Positions 49,744-61,068 are shown, counted from the first letter of the stretch. The stretch: DNA of 64,000 nt from an uncultured Chloroflexia bacterium (GCA_963751345.1 CAVVUS010000019.1:1-64000); one strand, 5' to 3'. The notes: generated by a model from the letters alone, not told the origin. Made by a program: numbers and translations.

Positions 49744-51954
49744 TCAGGCCACGGCCCGGCGGATGGCGAAAAGGGTGACGGCTGCCGTGAGCAACAGCCC
49801 GAGATAGAAGAGGACGTCGTGGGCGGCGACAATAGCGGGCGGCGTCGCGGCCTGTGGCGACTGGCCGACCTTGACCTGCGAGAGGTCTACCTGATCCAGG
49901 ATCGAGGCCGCGAGCGCCGGGCTGTAGCTAGCGGTCTTCTTGAAGATCAGGCAGTTAGGGTGATCATAGACGCTGAACGACTCCTCGGCCTTGGGCAGCG
50001 GCACGTCGATCAGTTTGCCCTGGGTCGACGTCTCCGGTGCCATCAACCGAAACGGCGTCTCCTGGTCGGGGAAGGCGAAGGGGCCGATCGTCGGGTAGGA
50101 AGTGAACTCTCCGACCAACTCAAAGCCTAACTCGCCCGCAAAGAGGGAGCGATAGTACTCGATCGTCAGGGGGTAGCGCTCCGGGAGCCGTGGGATCGAC
50201 GCGTAGAGCCGGTTGCTGGCCAGGAAGATGTAGTCGGTCTCATCGAGCCAGGCAAGCAACTCATCGCGCTTCTCGGGCGTGTCCTCGTCGTAGAGCGCCA
50301 TCGTGATGCCGATGTAGCCGTCGGTGACGCCGCCGCGGGCGTCGACGCGTAGAGGCAGCCCCCAGTCCCAGTGCTCGTTAGCGACGACGCTGTCGACGGG
50401 TACGTTGGCATAGATCCAGCGCGAGGCGGCGATGCGCGTATTGGGGCGGAGATAGACGGTGAAGAAGCCGGCGCCCCACGCAGCGGTACCTCCGACCACT
50501 AGGAATACGGCGGCCCATGCCATCACCCGCGCGGATTGCCCGCGCGGCGATCCGCTTGTCTGCCGGCCGGCCGTTTCGCCGCTTCGGCGCCTCACGAGCC
50601 GCACCAGGGCATAGCTCGCCATCAGGATCAGCAGGGGATAGATAGGCAGGAAGTAGCGCAGTGCCTTCACCCACCGCGTGGCGTAGAAGACGAAGTAGGC
50701 GGTGGTCCAGGGCCATAGCACGAGGTGTTCCAGCCTGCCGCGGGCCAGCTCCACACCCATCAGTGCCCAACCCACCCACGCGGCCAAGCCCAGCGGCAAC
50801 CCCATCCCCCAGAACACGATGTTGACCCACGGGAAAACGACCGGCAGGCGGTCGGTCCACTGCCGGCCCGAGGGGTAGTCGAGCAGACCGCTCTGCTCCT
50901 CGCCAATCTGCTTCAGACGCGCGAACCACTCCGGGCTCGGGCGCACGCCGAAGAATCCCGGCCCCTCGAAGGCGTAGGGCTGCGCCACGCGGAAGGCGAC
51001 GAAGGCAAGCAGACCTGACAGCAGGACCGGCAGGGCGATGGCCAGGATAGCGGCCCACGCCCTCCGCCAGATGCCGCCCGCGCCACCTTCCGGCTGTCCG
51101 TCTCCTTCGGCGGGCGGCCCAGCCGCCGCCGTGTGACGCAGGACCCACGCCGCAGCACCGAGCGCGACAAGCCCTGCGGCGACCGCTGCACTGATCTTGG
51201 ATGCCGTCGCGAGCCCCGTCGACAGTCCAGCGAGGCCCAGGTCGATCCAGGGAGGGTGTCTGGCCTGTGCGGCACGCACCGCGAGATACGCGGTCAGCGT
51301 GGTGAAGAGCGTGGCAGCACTATCGACGGTGAAGAAGTGCGCTTGCTGGATCATCAGCACGGTGACGGACGCGAGGGCCATGGCAATGAGCCCCGCGGTC
51401 TCACCGTAGAGCCGCCGTCCCAGGAGGTAGATCAGCAGGACCGTGCCCAGGTCGGCCAGTGCGGAGAGATGGCGGCCCAGGAAGGCGCTGTAGGTCCACG
51501 TGAAGATGCCGGCAGGGCAGGGCACGTCCACCGGTCGCCCCACGCTTCGGAGGAACAGCGTCGCCAGCCTCGCGTTCAGCGCCCAGGGTGCCGCCTCGGG
51601 TCCGGCAGGCTGGGCACACCCCTGTTCCAGCCACTCGGCCAGCGCCCGCGTGGCGAAGAGGGGCAGGGTTCCGTAGCTGTAGACCTGGCCGTTATTCAGC
51701 GGGTTGAGGGGCGAAGTGTGGGTATCAAAGTAGCTGCTGAGGCTATCGGGCAGGTGAATCGCCCCGGTGACAGTGCGCATGTGACCTTCATCGGGATGGA
51801 TCCACTGCGCCATATCCCAGTTGAGGCCGGTGAAGCGCAGCAGCCCGGCGACGACCAGGACCGCACCCACGAGGCTCCATCGGAGGATGGCTCCCCATAC
51901 GATGTCGGGCGCGCGACTATCGCGGGTCGGTGTGTCGTCGAAAAGGTCGGTCAC
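49744..51954 (-). CDS. GT-C membrane glycosyltransferase (GT39/PMT/ArnT-like)
   Basis: LRFTGLNWD...HPDE, YGTLPL, QQAHFFTVD, RYFLPIYP, EHWD, ESFSVYDHP; many TM helices. Confidence 0.85.
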   Translation of the reverse strand: MTDLFDDTPTRDSRAPDIVWGAILRWSLVGAVLVVAGLLRFTGLNWDMAQWIHPDEGHMRTVTGAIHLPDSLSSYFDTHTSPLNPLNNGQVYSYGTLPLFATRALAEWLEQGCAQPAGPEAAPWALNARLATLFLRSVGRPVDVPCPAGIFTWTYSAFLGRHLSALADLGTVLLIYLLGRRLYGETAGLIAMALASVTVLMIQQAHFFTVDSAATLFTTLTAYLAVRAAQARHPPWIDLGLAGLSTGLATASKISAAVAAGLVALGAAAWVLRHTAAAGPPAEGDGQPEGGAGGIWRRAWAAILAIALPVLLSGLLAFVAFRVAQPYAFEGPGFFGVRPSPEWFARLKQIGEEQSGLLDYPSGRQWTDRLPVVFPWVNIVFWGMGLPLGLAAWVGWALMGVELARGRLEHLVLWPWTTAYFVFYATRWVKALRYFLPIYPLLILMASYALVRLVRRRSGETAGRQTSGSPRGQSARVMAWAAVFLVVGGTAAWGAGFFTVYLRPNTRIAASRWIYANVPVDSVVANEHWDWGLPLRVDARGGVTDGYIGITMALYDEDTPEKRDELLAWLDETDYIFLASNRLYASIPRLPERYPLTIEYYRSLFAGELGFELVGEFTSYPTIGPFAFPDQETPFRLMAPETSTQGKLIDVPLPKAEESFSVYDHPNCLIFKKTASYSPALAASILDQVDLSQVKVGQSPQAATPPAIVAAHDVLFYLGLLLTAAVTLFAIRRAVA

Positions 51955-52094
51955 GAAGTGCAGTCTCGGTCCATTTCGGCGTATTATCCGGTTTCACGCC
52001 TCCGAGTCAAGGCACGACGGGAATAAAGCGATTCTCTGTCCGGGCCAACCGCGGCCAGGTTTGTAGACGAACCACGCCTGTGCCGCGGTTGGGC

Positions 52095-54233
52095 TCAGGG
52101 AGCAGGGATGCTGAGCTCCGCGGTGTAGCCGGCCGCATCGCGTGCAGCGATGCGGATGACGTAGTCCCCCGTCGCTGGTATCTCGCCCGTCCACGTGAGG
52201 GCGCCGGATCCCGGGGCAAGAAGCGGCGTGCCATCGGGCGACGCCACGATGCTCAGGCCGATGGCCCCTGCGGGGGCGGTGACCTGGAGATTCGCGCTCT
52301 GTCCCTCCATCGCGCGGAAGACGAAGTGTTGCACCTGGCCTGCGGCCAGGTCTCCCGCCCACTGCGCCTGGGCGGCGCCCGGCGCGAACGTGATCCGCTC
52401 CGGGCTGGCCGGGCCGAGCGCGTAACCGCCCGAGGTCGCGGGCGCGCCGTAGAGGTCGTGAGCGCAGTTGATGGAGAGGGTGACGTCACGGTTCTCCGGC
52501 GCCACGTCACACGAGGCGATGGGTTGATCGTCGGGGCAGAGTCCCGGCGGTGGCGACCAGCCTACCTCGACCAGGCAGAGGCCGCCGCCCCGGATGAAGC
52601 CCGTGGCTTCCCCCGTCGGCCCGCCTGCCTGGTAAGCGATGCTCTCCTGCCAGCCCTGGTCGCTGAAGTAGGCCCGCAGGAGATTGGCGGTCGCGGCGAT
52701 GTCCGGGAAGTCCGTGCCATTCCCTTCGGCCCGGACCTGGCATCCCGTGCCGCTGCCACCACTGACATAGTCGTTGAAGCTCACGGTCGACGTCACCACC
52801 GGCGTGCCCAGCAGGGGCGCGACGTCGCGCGCGAGGCCGTCGCACGCCAGAGGCGCGAACTGCTGAGGCCCACGGACGACTGTCTTGAGGGGCACCCATC
52901 CGAGCTCGGTCGCGTAAGGCCCGTTCTCGCCCATGGCCACGACCGCCCGTTGTGCACTCCACAGAGGCGACGATGCATCCCCTGCCGACAGCCCCGACTG
53001 CGGCATGCCGAGGAGCCCGACCAGTTGCCCGCTCTCGGCAGTGCAGAGGTAGTTGATCCGTTCGCCGTTGACGCCACCCGTCGCGCCGGTCGCCACGCCG
53101 CACCGGGCGCCGTCTGCCAGCTCGACCAGCCAGGGGCTACCATTCGCTGTGAGCGCGGCCTCGCTCAACGGCAGCGGCTCCGTGAGCTGGAGCGGGAAGC
53201 CCGGATCGCCGGTCAGCGGGTCGGGCGTGCAGACGAGGAGGTCGGATTCACCCGGAATCTCAAAGCACGGATCGGCAATCGAGTTGCCCACGGTACATCG
53301 CCAGGCGTGCGGGTCCGTCACCGCGAGGGCCCCGCTGAAACACGAGCCCCGCTGAACCGGGCCGATGGGCCGTGTGGGCGCGTAGTCGATGACGTTTGTG
53401 GCGGCGAACCCGGCCTGCACCGCACCGTCCAACGGCGAATCGTAGATGCGGGCCTCACTCAGAGGTACGGTCTGCTGCGACGCGATCGCCCATCCGTCGC
53501 CTTGGGGCACGACGTGGGCGAGCGTGGCCGTCCATACGTCGCCGGTGGCGGGGCTGCCGAGCAGGACGTCGCGTCCACCGCCGGCAGCCTCGCTGCCGCA
53601 GTTGTAGGTGGCAGGTTGGCTCTCGATGGTGATCTCGGGCGTCAGGTCGCGCAGGCAGGTCAAGTGGCGTGACGTCGCCGGTGCCGGACAGAACCGGGAT
53701 GACGACATACCACGGTGTGCCGGTGGCTTGCTTGGCCGCCGTCGGTTGCGCCGGCAGGGGCTCGGGCGATAGCAGCACGAAGGCATCGCCCGTCGGGTCG
53801 CAGACGAGCGTGCCGTCCGGCTGCTGAAGGCAGGGGTCCGCGCCGTCCGTGCCGTCGTCGCGGGGAGTATATGAGCGACACTTCCAGGCCGACAGGCTCG
53901 GCACGACGTCTGAGCTGCCGAGGCAAACGCCCTGATGCCCGGGTAGGTTGGTGGCGCTGCCAGCGCCGTCTCGACGACTACGTTCGTTACGGTCACCTGG
54001 GCTGTAGCGAGCACAGGGGCAGCGGCGCTCCCCCCGGGCGTCGCCGTCGGGATCGAGGTGGACTTGGGCGACGGCGCTGCAGGCGTCTCAGTGGGTACCA
54101 GCGTGGGGCGAAGCGTCTGGGTTGGACCGGCGGAGGGCCCGTTCCGGCACCCGAAGAGCAGCGTGAGTGCCAGGGCGAGCGCCGCCAGGGCACCCGAAGC
54201 CGGTTGTCCGATCTGCCTACCTATCTTGCGCAT
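52095..54233 (-). CDS. Large Cys-rich lipoprotein with a Pro/Thr linker; frameshifted
   Basis: Lipobox LLFGC; WRC..GNSIADPC and a related WKC...ADPC motif; C-terminal ERITF..GA...YVIR beta domain. Confidence 0.65.
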   Translation of the reverse strand: MRKIGRQIGQPASGALAALALALTLLFGCRNGPSAGPTQTLRPTLVPTETPAAPSPKSTSIPTATPGGSAAAPVLATAQVTVTNVVVETALAAPPTYPGIRAFASAAQTSCRACRPGSVAHILPATTARTARTPAFSSRTARSSATRRAMPSCCYRPSPCRRNRRRPSKPPAHRGMSSSRFCPAPATSRHLTCLRDLTPEITIESQPATYNCGSEAAGGGRDVLLGSPATGDVWTATLAHVVPQGDGWAIASQQTVPLSEARIYDSPLDGAVQAGFAATNVIDYAPTRPIGPVQRGSCFSGALAVTDPHAWRCTVGNSIADPCFEIPGESDLLVCTPDPLTGDPGFPLQLTEPLPLSEAALTANGSPWLVELADGARCGVATGATGGVNGERINYLCTAESGQLVGLLGMPQSGLSAGDASSPLWSAQRAVVAMGENGPYATELGWVPLKTVVRGPQQFAPLACDGLARDVAPLLGTPVVTSTVSFNDYVSGGSGTGCQVRAEGNGTDFPDIAATANLLRAYFSDQGWQESIAYQAGGPTGEATGFIRGGGLCLVEVGWSPPPGLCPDDQPIASCDVAPENRDVTLSINCAHDLYGAPATSGGYALGPASPERITFAPGAAQAQWAGDLAAGQVQHFVFRAMEGQSANLQVTAPAGAIGLSIVASPDGTPLLAPGSGALTWTGEIPATGDYVIRIAARDAAGYTAELSIPAP

Positions 54234-54318
54234 GTCCTCCGTCCTCTCAGTATAGCCGAAGGGGCTGCGGAGACGCGACACGCAGCCCCTGGGTGGGTCA
54301 CTCGTTACTCGTCACCCG

Positions 54319-54867
54319 TCACTGTGCGGGAGCGCTTACCTTATACCATATCTCCGAGATGTAACCCTGCGCATCCGGATGGTAGACCTGTTGGACGATC
54401 TCGGGCGCACCGTCGGTACAGCGCCATTCGTAGACCGTCTCGCGACCGGTGACAACCGCCGGGATGAAGTCGACACTGGGGTTCTGGATGCAGTAATCGA
54501 TCTCCGCCTGGGTCGGTGTCTGGTCGGTGTTCGCCTTAGCGTCGCACGGCAGGTTTGCGCCGACGAAGCAGGCGTAGACGCTGCCGTCCATACAGCGCCA
54601 GGACATCCCGTTCTCCAGCACGTTCAGGGGCGTGTCGGGCGCGTTGAGCGCCACTTGCAGTCCCTGGGCTACAGACTCGGGGGCCTTGGGGCCGGTGTAG
54701 TCGCCGCCGGGCGTATCGACGGTGCCCACCGCCGTGCAGTAAGTGAAGGGATCGCTGTAGGTTGTCGCGGTCGGCGTCACCGCCGGAGTCGCGGTGGCTC
54801 CGCAGGCCGCGATGATCGCGGTCGCGAGCGCCAGCACAAGGATCACAGCCATACGTCTTGGTTTCAT
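54319..54867 (-). CDS. Small Cys-rich lipoprotein
   Basis: AGGAGG RBS; MKPRR...IAAC lipobox; DPFTYC, WRCMDG, GANLPC, WRC. Confidence 0.8.
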   Translation of the reverse strand: MKPRRMAVILVLALATAIIAACGATATPAVTPTATTYSDPFTYCTAVGTVDTPGGDYTGPKAPESVAQGLQVALNAPDTPLNVLENGMSWRCMDGSVYACFVGANLPCDAKANTDQTPTQAEIDYCIQNPSVDFIPAVVTGRETVYEWRCTDGAPEIVQQVYHPDAQGYISEIWYKVSAPAQ

Positions 54868-55144
54868 CGTAGATGTCCTCCTGATTGTAGTTACCGGCTG
54901 CGGGCGCGGTTGCTCCCGTAGAGCGGCAGCGTATCGGCATGGCTTCTCACGCCACACGTCCATCATACACGCACGGTGGCCACGCCGCATCAGGGCGATG
55001 TGGTATTTCCCTCTACCACAATTCAGGTATGGCCTCATAGCCGGGATGCTGTACCATGTGCAGGGCATCTGGTTCAGCTTCGGCGAGGGGCCATAGCGTC
55101 GCGGACGGTTGTGCGCATACTGTGGTCGCGCAAGGGGAGAGACG

Positions 55145-55813
55145 ATGGGAACGATCACGGTGTTGTTGGCAGAGGATCACACGATCGTGCGTGAGGGGAC
55201 CCACCAACTGCTGGCCGATGTTGAGGGTATTTCCGTCGTCGGTGAGGCATCGGATGGCGCCGAGGCGGTGCAGATGGCCTCCCGGCTGCTGCCGGACGTC
55301 GTTGTGATGGACGTGCATATGCCCCGGATGGACGGCATCGCGGCAACGAAGCAGCTCAAGGCGGAGCACCCGAAGATGCGCGTGTTGATCCTCTCCGCCT
55401 ACGAAGATGACCACTACGTCTTCCCACTGCTGGAGGCCGGGGCGGACGGCTACCTGCTCAAGACGGCCGGCGGGGATGACTTGGTGCAGGCCCTCCGCAC
55501 CGTCGTCCGTGGTGAGACGGTGCTGGATCCGCTGGTGGCAGACAGGGTGGTCCGCCACCTGACGCAGGATTCGCCGTCGTCCCGCAAGCTTGACGGGCTT
55601 GTAGATGCCCTCACTGAGCGTGAGCTCGAGGTCCTGCAGGAAGTCGCCAGGGGCAAGACCAATAGAGAGGTTGCAGAAGCTCTCTGCATCAGCCCTTCTA
55701 CCGTTCAGGTGCACCTGCGCAATGTCTTCGATAAGCTCGGCGTGGGCAGCCGCACGGAAGCCGTGACCTGTGCCTTGCGTCAGGGCTGGATTCGGTTGGA
55801 TGATGATCTCTAA
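55145..55813 (+). CDS. NarL/LuxR-family response regulator
   Basis: LAEDH, VMDVHMP (phospho-Asp), GYLLK, LTERELEVL...TVQVHL. Confidence 0.95.
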   Translation: MGTITVLLAEDHTIVREGTHQLLADVEGISVVGEASDGAEAVQMASRLLPDVVVMDVHMPRMDGIAATKQLKAEHPKMRVLILSAYEDDHYVFPLLEAGADGYLLKTAGGDDLVQALRTVVRGETVLDPLVADRVVRHLTQDSPSSRKLDGLVDALTERELEVLQEVARGKTNREVAEALCISPSTVQVHLRNVFDKLGVGSRTEAVTCALRQGWIRLDDDL

Positions 55814-55876
55814 ACCCCGCTACTCAGGAACCGGGTTCGCTGAGTGGTAGGCGCCAGTGGAACCATCCGGAGGCCT

Positions 55877-57745
55877 ATGTCCCGGCTCAGCACTCGTACA
55901 CGCATCATGGCCGCGACGTTTGCACCGCTCCTGCTCTTCGTCCTCCTTGGGGTGGGGGCGGTGGTCTACGTCATCCCCGGCATCATCCAGGGCTTGGTCC
56001 TGCAGCGCCAGACGGCGCTCGCCGAGGTGGCTGCGGCGGGCGTTGCCGGTGAGATGCAGGGCCATCTGCGGCTCCTCCTGAGTACCGCCGACGACGTTGG
56101 CGCCATCGTGGGGGTGTCACCAGCCGAGGACGCTGCGGCGATACAGCAGTTGCTGGCGCGGCGGGCGATGCTCCTGGAGGTCTTCACCGGCGGCATGGCC
56201 TACGTCGATCTCGACGGCACGCTCGTGGCAACCGGCCCCGGCGCCAGAGGCCAGGTGGGAGAGAGTTTCGGCCACGCCGACTACCTCGAACGCGTCTTCG
56301 CCAGCCGGACGCCCACCTTCTCTTCGGTGATAGACAGCGTGCCAGGTGGCAGCGGGAGCATGATGGTGGCCGTGCCGGTGCGTGGTGGCGGCCAGGTCAC
56401 CGGCGCGCTGGTGGGCGAGTTCGATCTGCAGCGCAACACCTGGGCGAGCAATCTGAACCTGTTGCGCACGCCCCAAGGCGGCACGGTGAGCCTCATCGAT
56501 GCTGCGAGCACCGTGATCTACGATCTCGATCCCAAGCAGATCGGGCGCACAGTCCAGCAGGATTCCCCGCAGCTCTGGCAGATGGTCCTCGCAGGGGAAC
56601 CGGACAGCCGCCTCTTCGACATCGGGCAGCTCCCTCGCGAGGTTATCGCGTATGCGCCCGTGCCCGGCATCGCCTGGGGTCTGATCCTCAGGGAGTCATG
56701 GGATGCGATTATGGCGCAGACGCGCCTCTCTTTCTGGGCGATCGGCGGACTGTGGCTGGTGGGGCTCCTGGTTGCGGCTCTGGTGCTCTCGCTGAGCGTC
56801 CGTCGGGCCCTGCTGCCCCTCGATGCGGTCATCACCGAGGCCCGGAACGTCGCTGAGGGTGGCACATTCAACCCGTTGCCCGAAGCGGGTCCGCCTGACA
56901 TCAGGGCGCTGGTCGCGGCGCTGAACCGGATGGTGGCGCAACTCAACTCGCAGCAGGCCACGCTACGCGACTACGCTCGCCGCGTCCTACAGGGCCAGGA
57001 GGCGGAGCGCAAGCGGATCTCGCGCGACCTGCACGACGAGACCGTCCAGTCGCTGGTCGGCCTCTGCCAGCGGCTGGAGCTCGTAGATCGCGCACTGGCG
57101 AAGTGCGACGCCGCTGCCCATGAAGGCGATGCCCGGGAGGGCGAGGCGGGGGCGGCCGATCCGCCGATGGCTGCTGATCTCGACACCGAACTCCAGGAGG
57201 CCCTTGAGCTTGCCGGAAAGCGGCTCGAGCAGGTCAAGGCGCTGGCCGATGACACGCTCACGGACGTGCGCCGTATGAGTTACAACCTTCGACCCTTTAT
57301 GCTGGAGGATCTCGGCCTCGCGGCCGCGCTTCAGGGCCTGGCCCGCGATCTTGGCGCCCGCTTCCCCGACGCGCATGTGAGTTGTGAGATTGTCGGCGCG
57401 GTGCGCCGGCTGCCGCCGGATGTGGAGCTAACGATCTTCCGGATCGTGCAGGAAGCGCTGAGCAATGTGCGCAAACACGCCGCAGCCGTCGGGGCGACGC
57501 ACGTGAGCGTTGCGCTCATCTACGAGGACCGTGGGATCCTGGCGCTGGTCGAGGACAATGGGCCGGGCGCGATGCTCCCTTCGACCGACGAGCTGGTCCG
57601 GATGGGGCATCTGGGCATTGCGGGGATGGTGGAGCGGGCGCGGCTGTTCGGCGGGTCGCTGGACATCGTCACCGCGCCGGGCGAGGGGACCGAGGTGCGG
57701 CTGTGGCTGCCGGACGGATTTGTTCATCTGGCATACGCCAGCTAG
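55877..57745 (+). CDS. Sensor histidine kinase (Cache, HAMP, HisKA_3, HATPase)
   Basis: Two TM helices; ERKRISRDLHD H-box, QEALSNVRKHA N-box, DNG, GHLG. Confidence 0.93.
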   Translation: MSRLSTRTRIMAATFAPLLLFVLLGVGAVVYVIPGIIQGLVLQRQTALAEVAAAGVAGEMQGHLRLLLSTADDVGAIVGVSPAEDAAAIQQLLARRAMLLEVFTGGMAYVDLDGTLVATGPGARGQVGESFGHADYLERVFASRTPTFSSVIDSVPGGSGSMMVAVPVRGGGQVTGALVGEFDLQRNTWASNLNLLRTPQGGTVSLIDAASTVIYDLDPKQIGRTVQQDSPQLWQMVLAGEPDSRLFDIGQLPREVIAYAPVPGIAWGLILRESWDAIMAQTRLSFWAIGGLWLVGLLVAALVLSLSVRRALLPLDAVITEARNVAEGGTFNPLPEAGPPDIRALVAALNRMVAQLNSQQATLRDYARRVLQGQEAERKRISRDLHDETVQSLVGLCQRLELVDRALAKCDAAAHEGDAREGEAGAADPPMAADLDTELQEALELAGKRLEQVKALADDTLTDVRRMSYNLRPFMLEDLGLAAALQGLARDLGARFPDAHVSCEIVGAVRRLPPDVELTIFRIVQEALSNVRKHAAAVGATHVSVALIYEDRGILALVEDNGPGAMLPSTDELVRMGHLGIAGMVERARLFGGSLDIVTAPGEGTEVRLWLPDGFVHLAYAS

Positions 57746-57786
57746 AATGGAGGAGACGGACTGCCCGTGAGATCGGGAGGGTGACG

Positions 57787-59899
57787 ATGCCAGAGCCAAC
57801 GCAGGTGGAGAACGGCGTCCTATGGGCGAGGTTTGATGGCCGGTCGGGAGTCTGGCTGGGCCTGGGATATGTAGGCTCGGAGGAGTCGGTGATTCGGGCG
57901 GGAGAGCCCCCGTTCGAGCTGATCGTGGATGGAGAGCCCTTCTTCGGCGCGCGCCGCCGCGTGGCGGAGCGCCGATCCTATTCATGGGATCGCGGCGCCG
58001 TGCTCATCTTCGAGCGTGACGGCCTCCAGATTACCCACACCATAGAGGTGGACCCCGTGCGACCGGCGCTGCGACAGCAGGTCAGCGTCCGATGCCTGGA
58101 AGGGCGAGACCCACGACTGCTCACGCACGTGGTCTACCGCCTCCCCGGTCTCGCACCCGGCGACCCCGCGGATTGTCTCTACCAAGCGCCCGGTCAGATC
58201 GTGCCCGTCGATACACCCTACGGTGACGTCGTGGCCCGCTGTGCACGCGAGGGCTGCCTTGAGCTTCAGCCGTCGCCCTGTCACACGTCCGGCGTGGTGG
58301 CGATCGAGAACGCCCGGCTTCGGCGAGTGGCCTCGGCGTGGCTGATTTCGGATGAAGCGGTGGCTTTTCCACGGGTGGTGGGCGACTGCGAGCGGTTGAC
58401 GGTGGAGCATCGCCATCACATCGCCGCTTGGCTGCGCCCGGGCACCGAGGTCGTGTCGAGGGGGCACGGTGTGTTGCTGACGAAGGGTTCCTTGGAGAAG
58501 CACCTGGCAGGGTTCCGTGACGTGGCGTACGAGCTTTACGCCGCAGGCGGCCCGCGGCTGGCCTCGGCGACGGACGTGCCTGCGTGGTTCAGGGACGCGA
58601 GGGTCTTCCAGATTGCGCCTTATCCCCTGTCGGATTGGACGCCGCGGCTGTCCGAGATCCGCGAGATGGGCTTCAACGTCGTCTACCTCTGCCCCGTACA
58701 ATCCACGCCCGACGTCGGCTGGTACGATATTCTGGACCATTTTACGATCAGCAGCCGGGTTGGGACGGAGGAGGAGCTCAAGCGCTTTGTGACCGATGCG
58801 CACGCGCTTGGGCTGCGCGTGATCCTCGACTACCTGCCGCAAGGTGTGAGCGTGGAGAGCCCCTTTGTCGATGCCCACCCCGAGTGGCTGGTACGCGATG
58901 CGCTTGGGCGCACGGCCGGGTCGCACGGGTGGGGGCCACGCGCGGGCGCGCCGGTCCGCCCGAAGGCCGCCGAGACGCTCAGCCTCGACTGGGGCGATCC
59001 CGGCTACCGGCGTTTTGCCGTTGACTGGGCGCTATGGTATGTCCGCGGCTTCGATATTGACGGCTTCCGGTGCGACGCGATGCACTGGAAGGAGCCGAAC
59101 CTCTCGCCGGACAATCCCCGCCCTGCCTGGGCCACGATCTATGGCGGTATCCGCATCCTTGAGGAGCTACGCCCCGAGCTCCGCGCGCTCAAGCCTGATG
59201 CGGCGCTGCTGAGCGAAGTGTGGGGGCCAATCTTCCAGCCGGTGACCGATGGATCGTACGAGAACGGGTGGATCCTACAGGCCTTGAACGCGAGCTGGCT
59301 GGGCCCGGACGGCGCGCCGCGGATGACGGCCCGCCAGTACCAGCGTTACCTGGAGGTCACCTGCGCTGCCAGGCCAGAGGGCTACCTTCGGGCGAGCTTT
59401 ACCGCCAACCACGATATGCAGCCTCTGGGGCGTGCTGCCCGTGATCATCCGCTGGGTGCGGCTGTCAGTTTTGTCCACGCGTTCTCAGGGCGACATCCCT
59501 TTCGTGATGTGGTTGGAGCCCGAGGGCCGTGAGGGCTTCTTCACCGGGCTGATGCGCGAGCGGGCGGCGCTGTCGGGCTTTGCTCCCGACTTCGGCGCGG
59601 CGAAGAGTGACGCACCCGATCTCTTCCTGACCCTCTGGCGGGCGCCAGGCCGGGCGCCGATCCTGGCGGCGGCGAGTCTCTCGCGGCGTCCGCTAGAGGC
59701 CGGCGTGTCGATGGATGTGTCATTGGCCAACCCGCGTGTCCGGTACGGGTCCGAGGGCGTCGCCGTGGCAGCCGACGCGGCAGGCATCCGCGTGAGCCTG
59801 CCGTCGGGCGGTTACGCGTTGATCGAGGGACCAGGTTGGTCTAGGTGCCGATTCATCGGTTCCGGGAAGACGGGGATTCATTGCCAGGAGGATCTATGA
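57787..59899 (+). CDS. GH13 alpha-amylase-family protein with a long N-terminal extension; frameshift near 59488
   Basis: MGFNVVYLCP, GLRVILD, DGFRCDA (nucleophile), LSEVW, NHD. Confidence 0.85.
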
Positions 59900-61068
59900 A
59901 TCATCGAGAGCGAGCATTGGCAGCACTGCGTCACGAGACGACCGACAGGGTGCCGTTCGAGCTCGGGTCGACGCGAAACACGGGTGTTCTTCAGGCACCG
60001 TACGAGGCGCTGGTGGCTCATCTGGGACTCGGCGACGGGCACGGTGAGAGGCCAAGCCTCGATGCCAGCAGACCTTCAGGCCACGGCATCGGCAAGGTGC
60101 TCGGCCTTGCGACACCCAACGAGGCCGTGTTGCGGCGGTTGGGCGTCGACTTCCGGGGCGTCTTCCTGGGAAAGGCGGACGTCTCTGCGGAGGCACTGCT
60201 CCCCGACGCCCCCGACGGCTCCGCGATGCACCGCGATGAGTTCGGCGTGATCCGACGCTGCCCGCCGGGTGGGCATTACTTCGACGTCGTGCGTTCGCCG
60301 CTCGCCGGCGACATCACGGCTGCCGAGATCGCTCGCTACCCTTGGCCCGATCCGACCGATCCGGGCGTCACCCGCGGGCTGCGGGAGAGGGCCCTCCACC
60401 TGCGCGAGACCCAGGACTGCGCGGTTGTGCTTCACCTGTCCGATATCTTCGTGCACACGACTCAGTATCTTCGCGGCTTCGAACCCTGGTATATCGATCT
60501 GGCGCTGTCACCCGATCTGGCAGGCACGCTGATGGATGCGGTGTTGGAGATCCGAATGGAGGTCGCGCGGCGGGCGCTGGAGGCTGTGGGCGATCTGGTC
60601 GACGTGGTGAGTACGGCTGACGACGTGGCCGACCAACGCGGCCCGCAGATGTCGCTGCGGATGTATCGCAGTCTCATCAAGCCGCGCCATGCGCGCTACC
60701 TGCGCCAGATCCGGGACATGACCGACGCGACGCTCCTCTATCACTCGTGTGGCTCGGTCGTCGACCTGCTGCCGGACTTTGTCGACATGGGCATTCAGGT
60801 GCTCAACCCGGTCCAGGTGACGGCCCGGGGAATGGATCCCGCCGCGCTCAAGGCTCAGTGGGGAGACGAACTGGCCTTCTGCGGCGCGATCGACACGATG
60901 CACGTACTGCCCTTCGGCACGCCCGGAGACGTGCGGGCCGAGGTTCGCCGCCGCATCCGCGAACTCGGCGAGGGTGGCGGCTACGTCGTCGCAGCGGTGC
61001 ACAACATCCAGCCGGATGTGCCACCGGAGAATATCGTGGCGATGAGCGACGAGGCGACGGGTGGATGA
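59896..61068 (+). CDS. Uroporphyrinogen decarboxylase / methyltransferase superfamily protein
   Basis: TDRVP, YPWPDP, LRG, ADD, YHSCG, LNPVQ, GAIDT, HNIQPDVPPEN. Confidence 0.9.
   Translation: MNHRERALAALRHETTDRVPFELGSTRNTGVLQAPYEALVAHLGLGDGHGERPSLDASRPSGHGIGKVLGLATPNEAVLRRLGVDFRGVFLGKADVSAEALLPDAPDGSAMHRDEFGVIRRCPPGGHYFDVVRSPLAGDITAAEIARYPWPDPTDPGVTRGLRERALHLRETQDCAVVLHLSDIFVHTTQYLRGFEPWYIDLALSPDLAGTLMDAVLEIRMEVARRALEAVGDLVDVVSTADDVADQRGPQMSLRMYRSLIKPRHARYLRQIRDMTDATLLYHSCGSVVDLLPDFVDMGIQVLNPVQVTARGMDPAALKAQWGDELAFCGAIDTMHVLPFGTPGDVRAEVRRRIRELGEGGGYVVAAVHNIQPDVPPENIVAMSDEATGG

Noticed and set aside
59896-61068. Assigning hemE to the URO-D-fold genes
   Set aside because: They lack the RQAGR motif of HemE and have no tetrapyrrole gene context.
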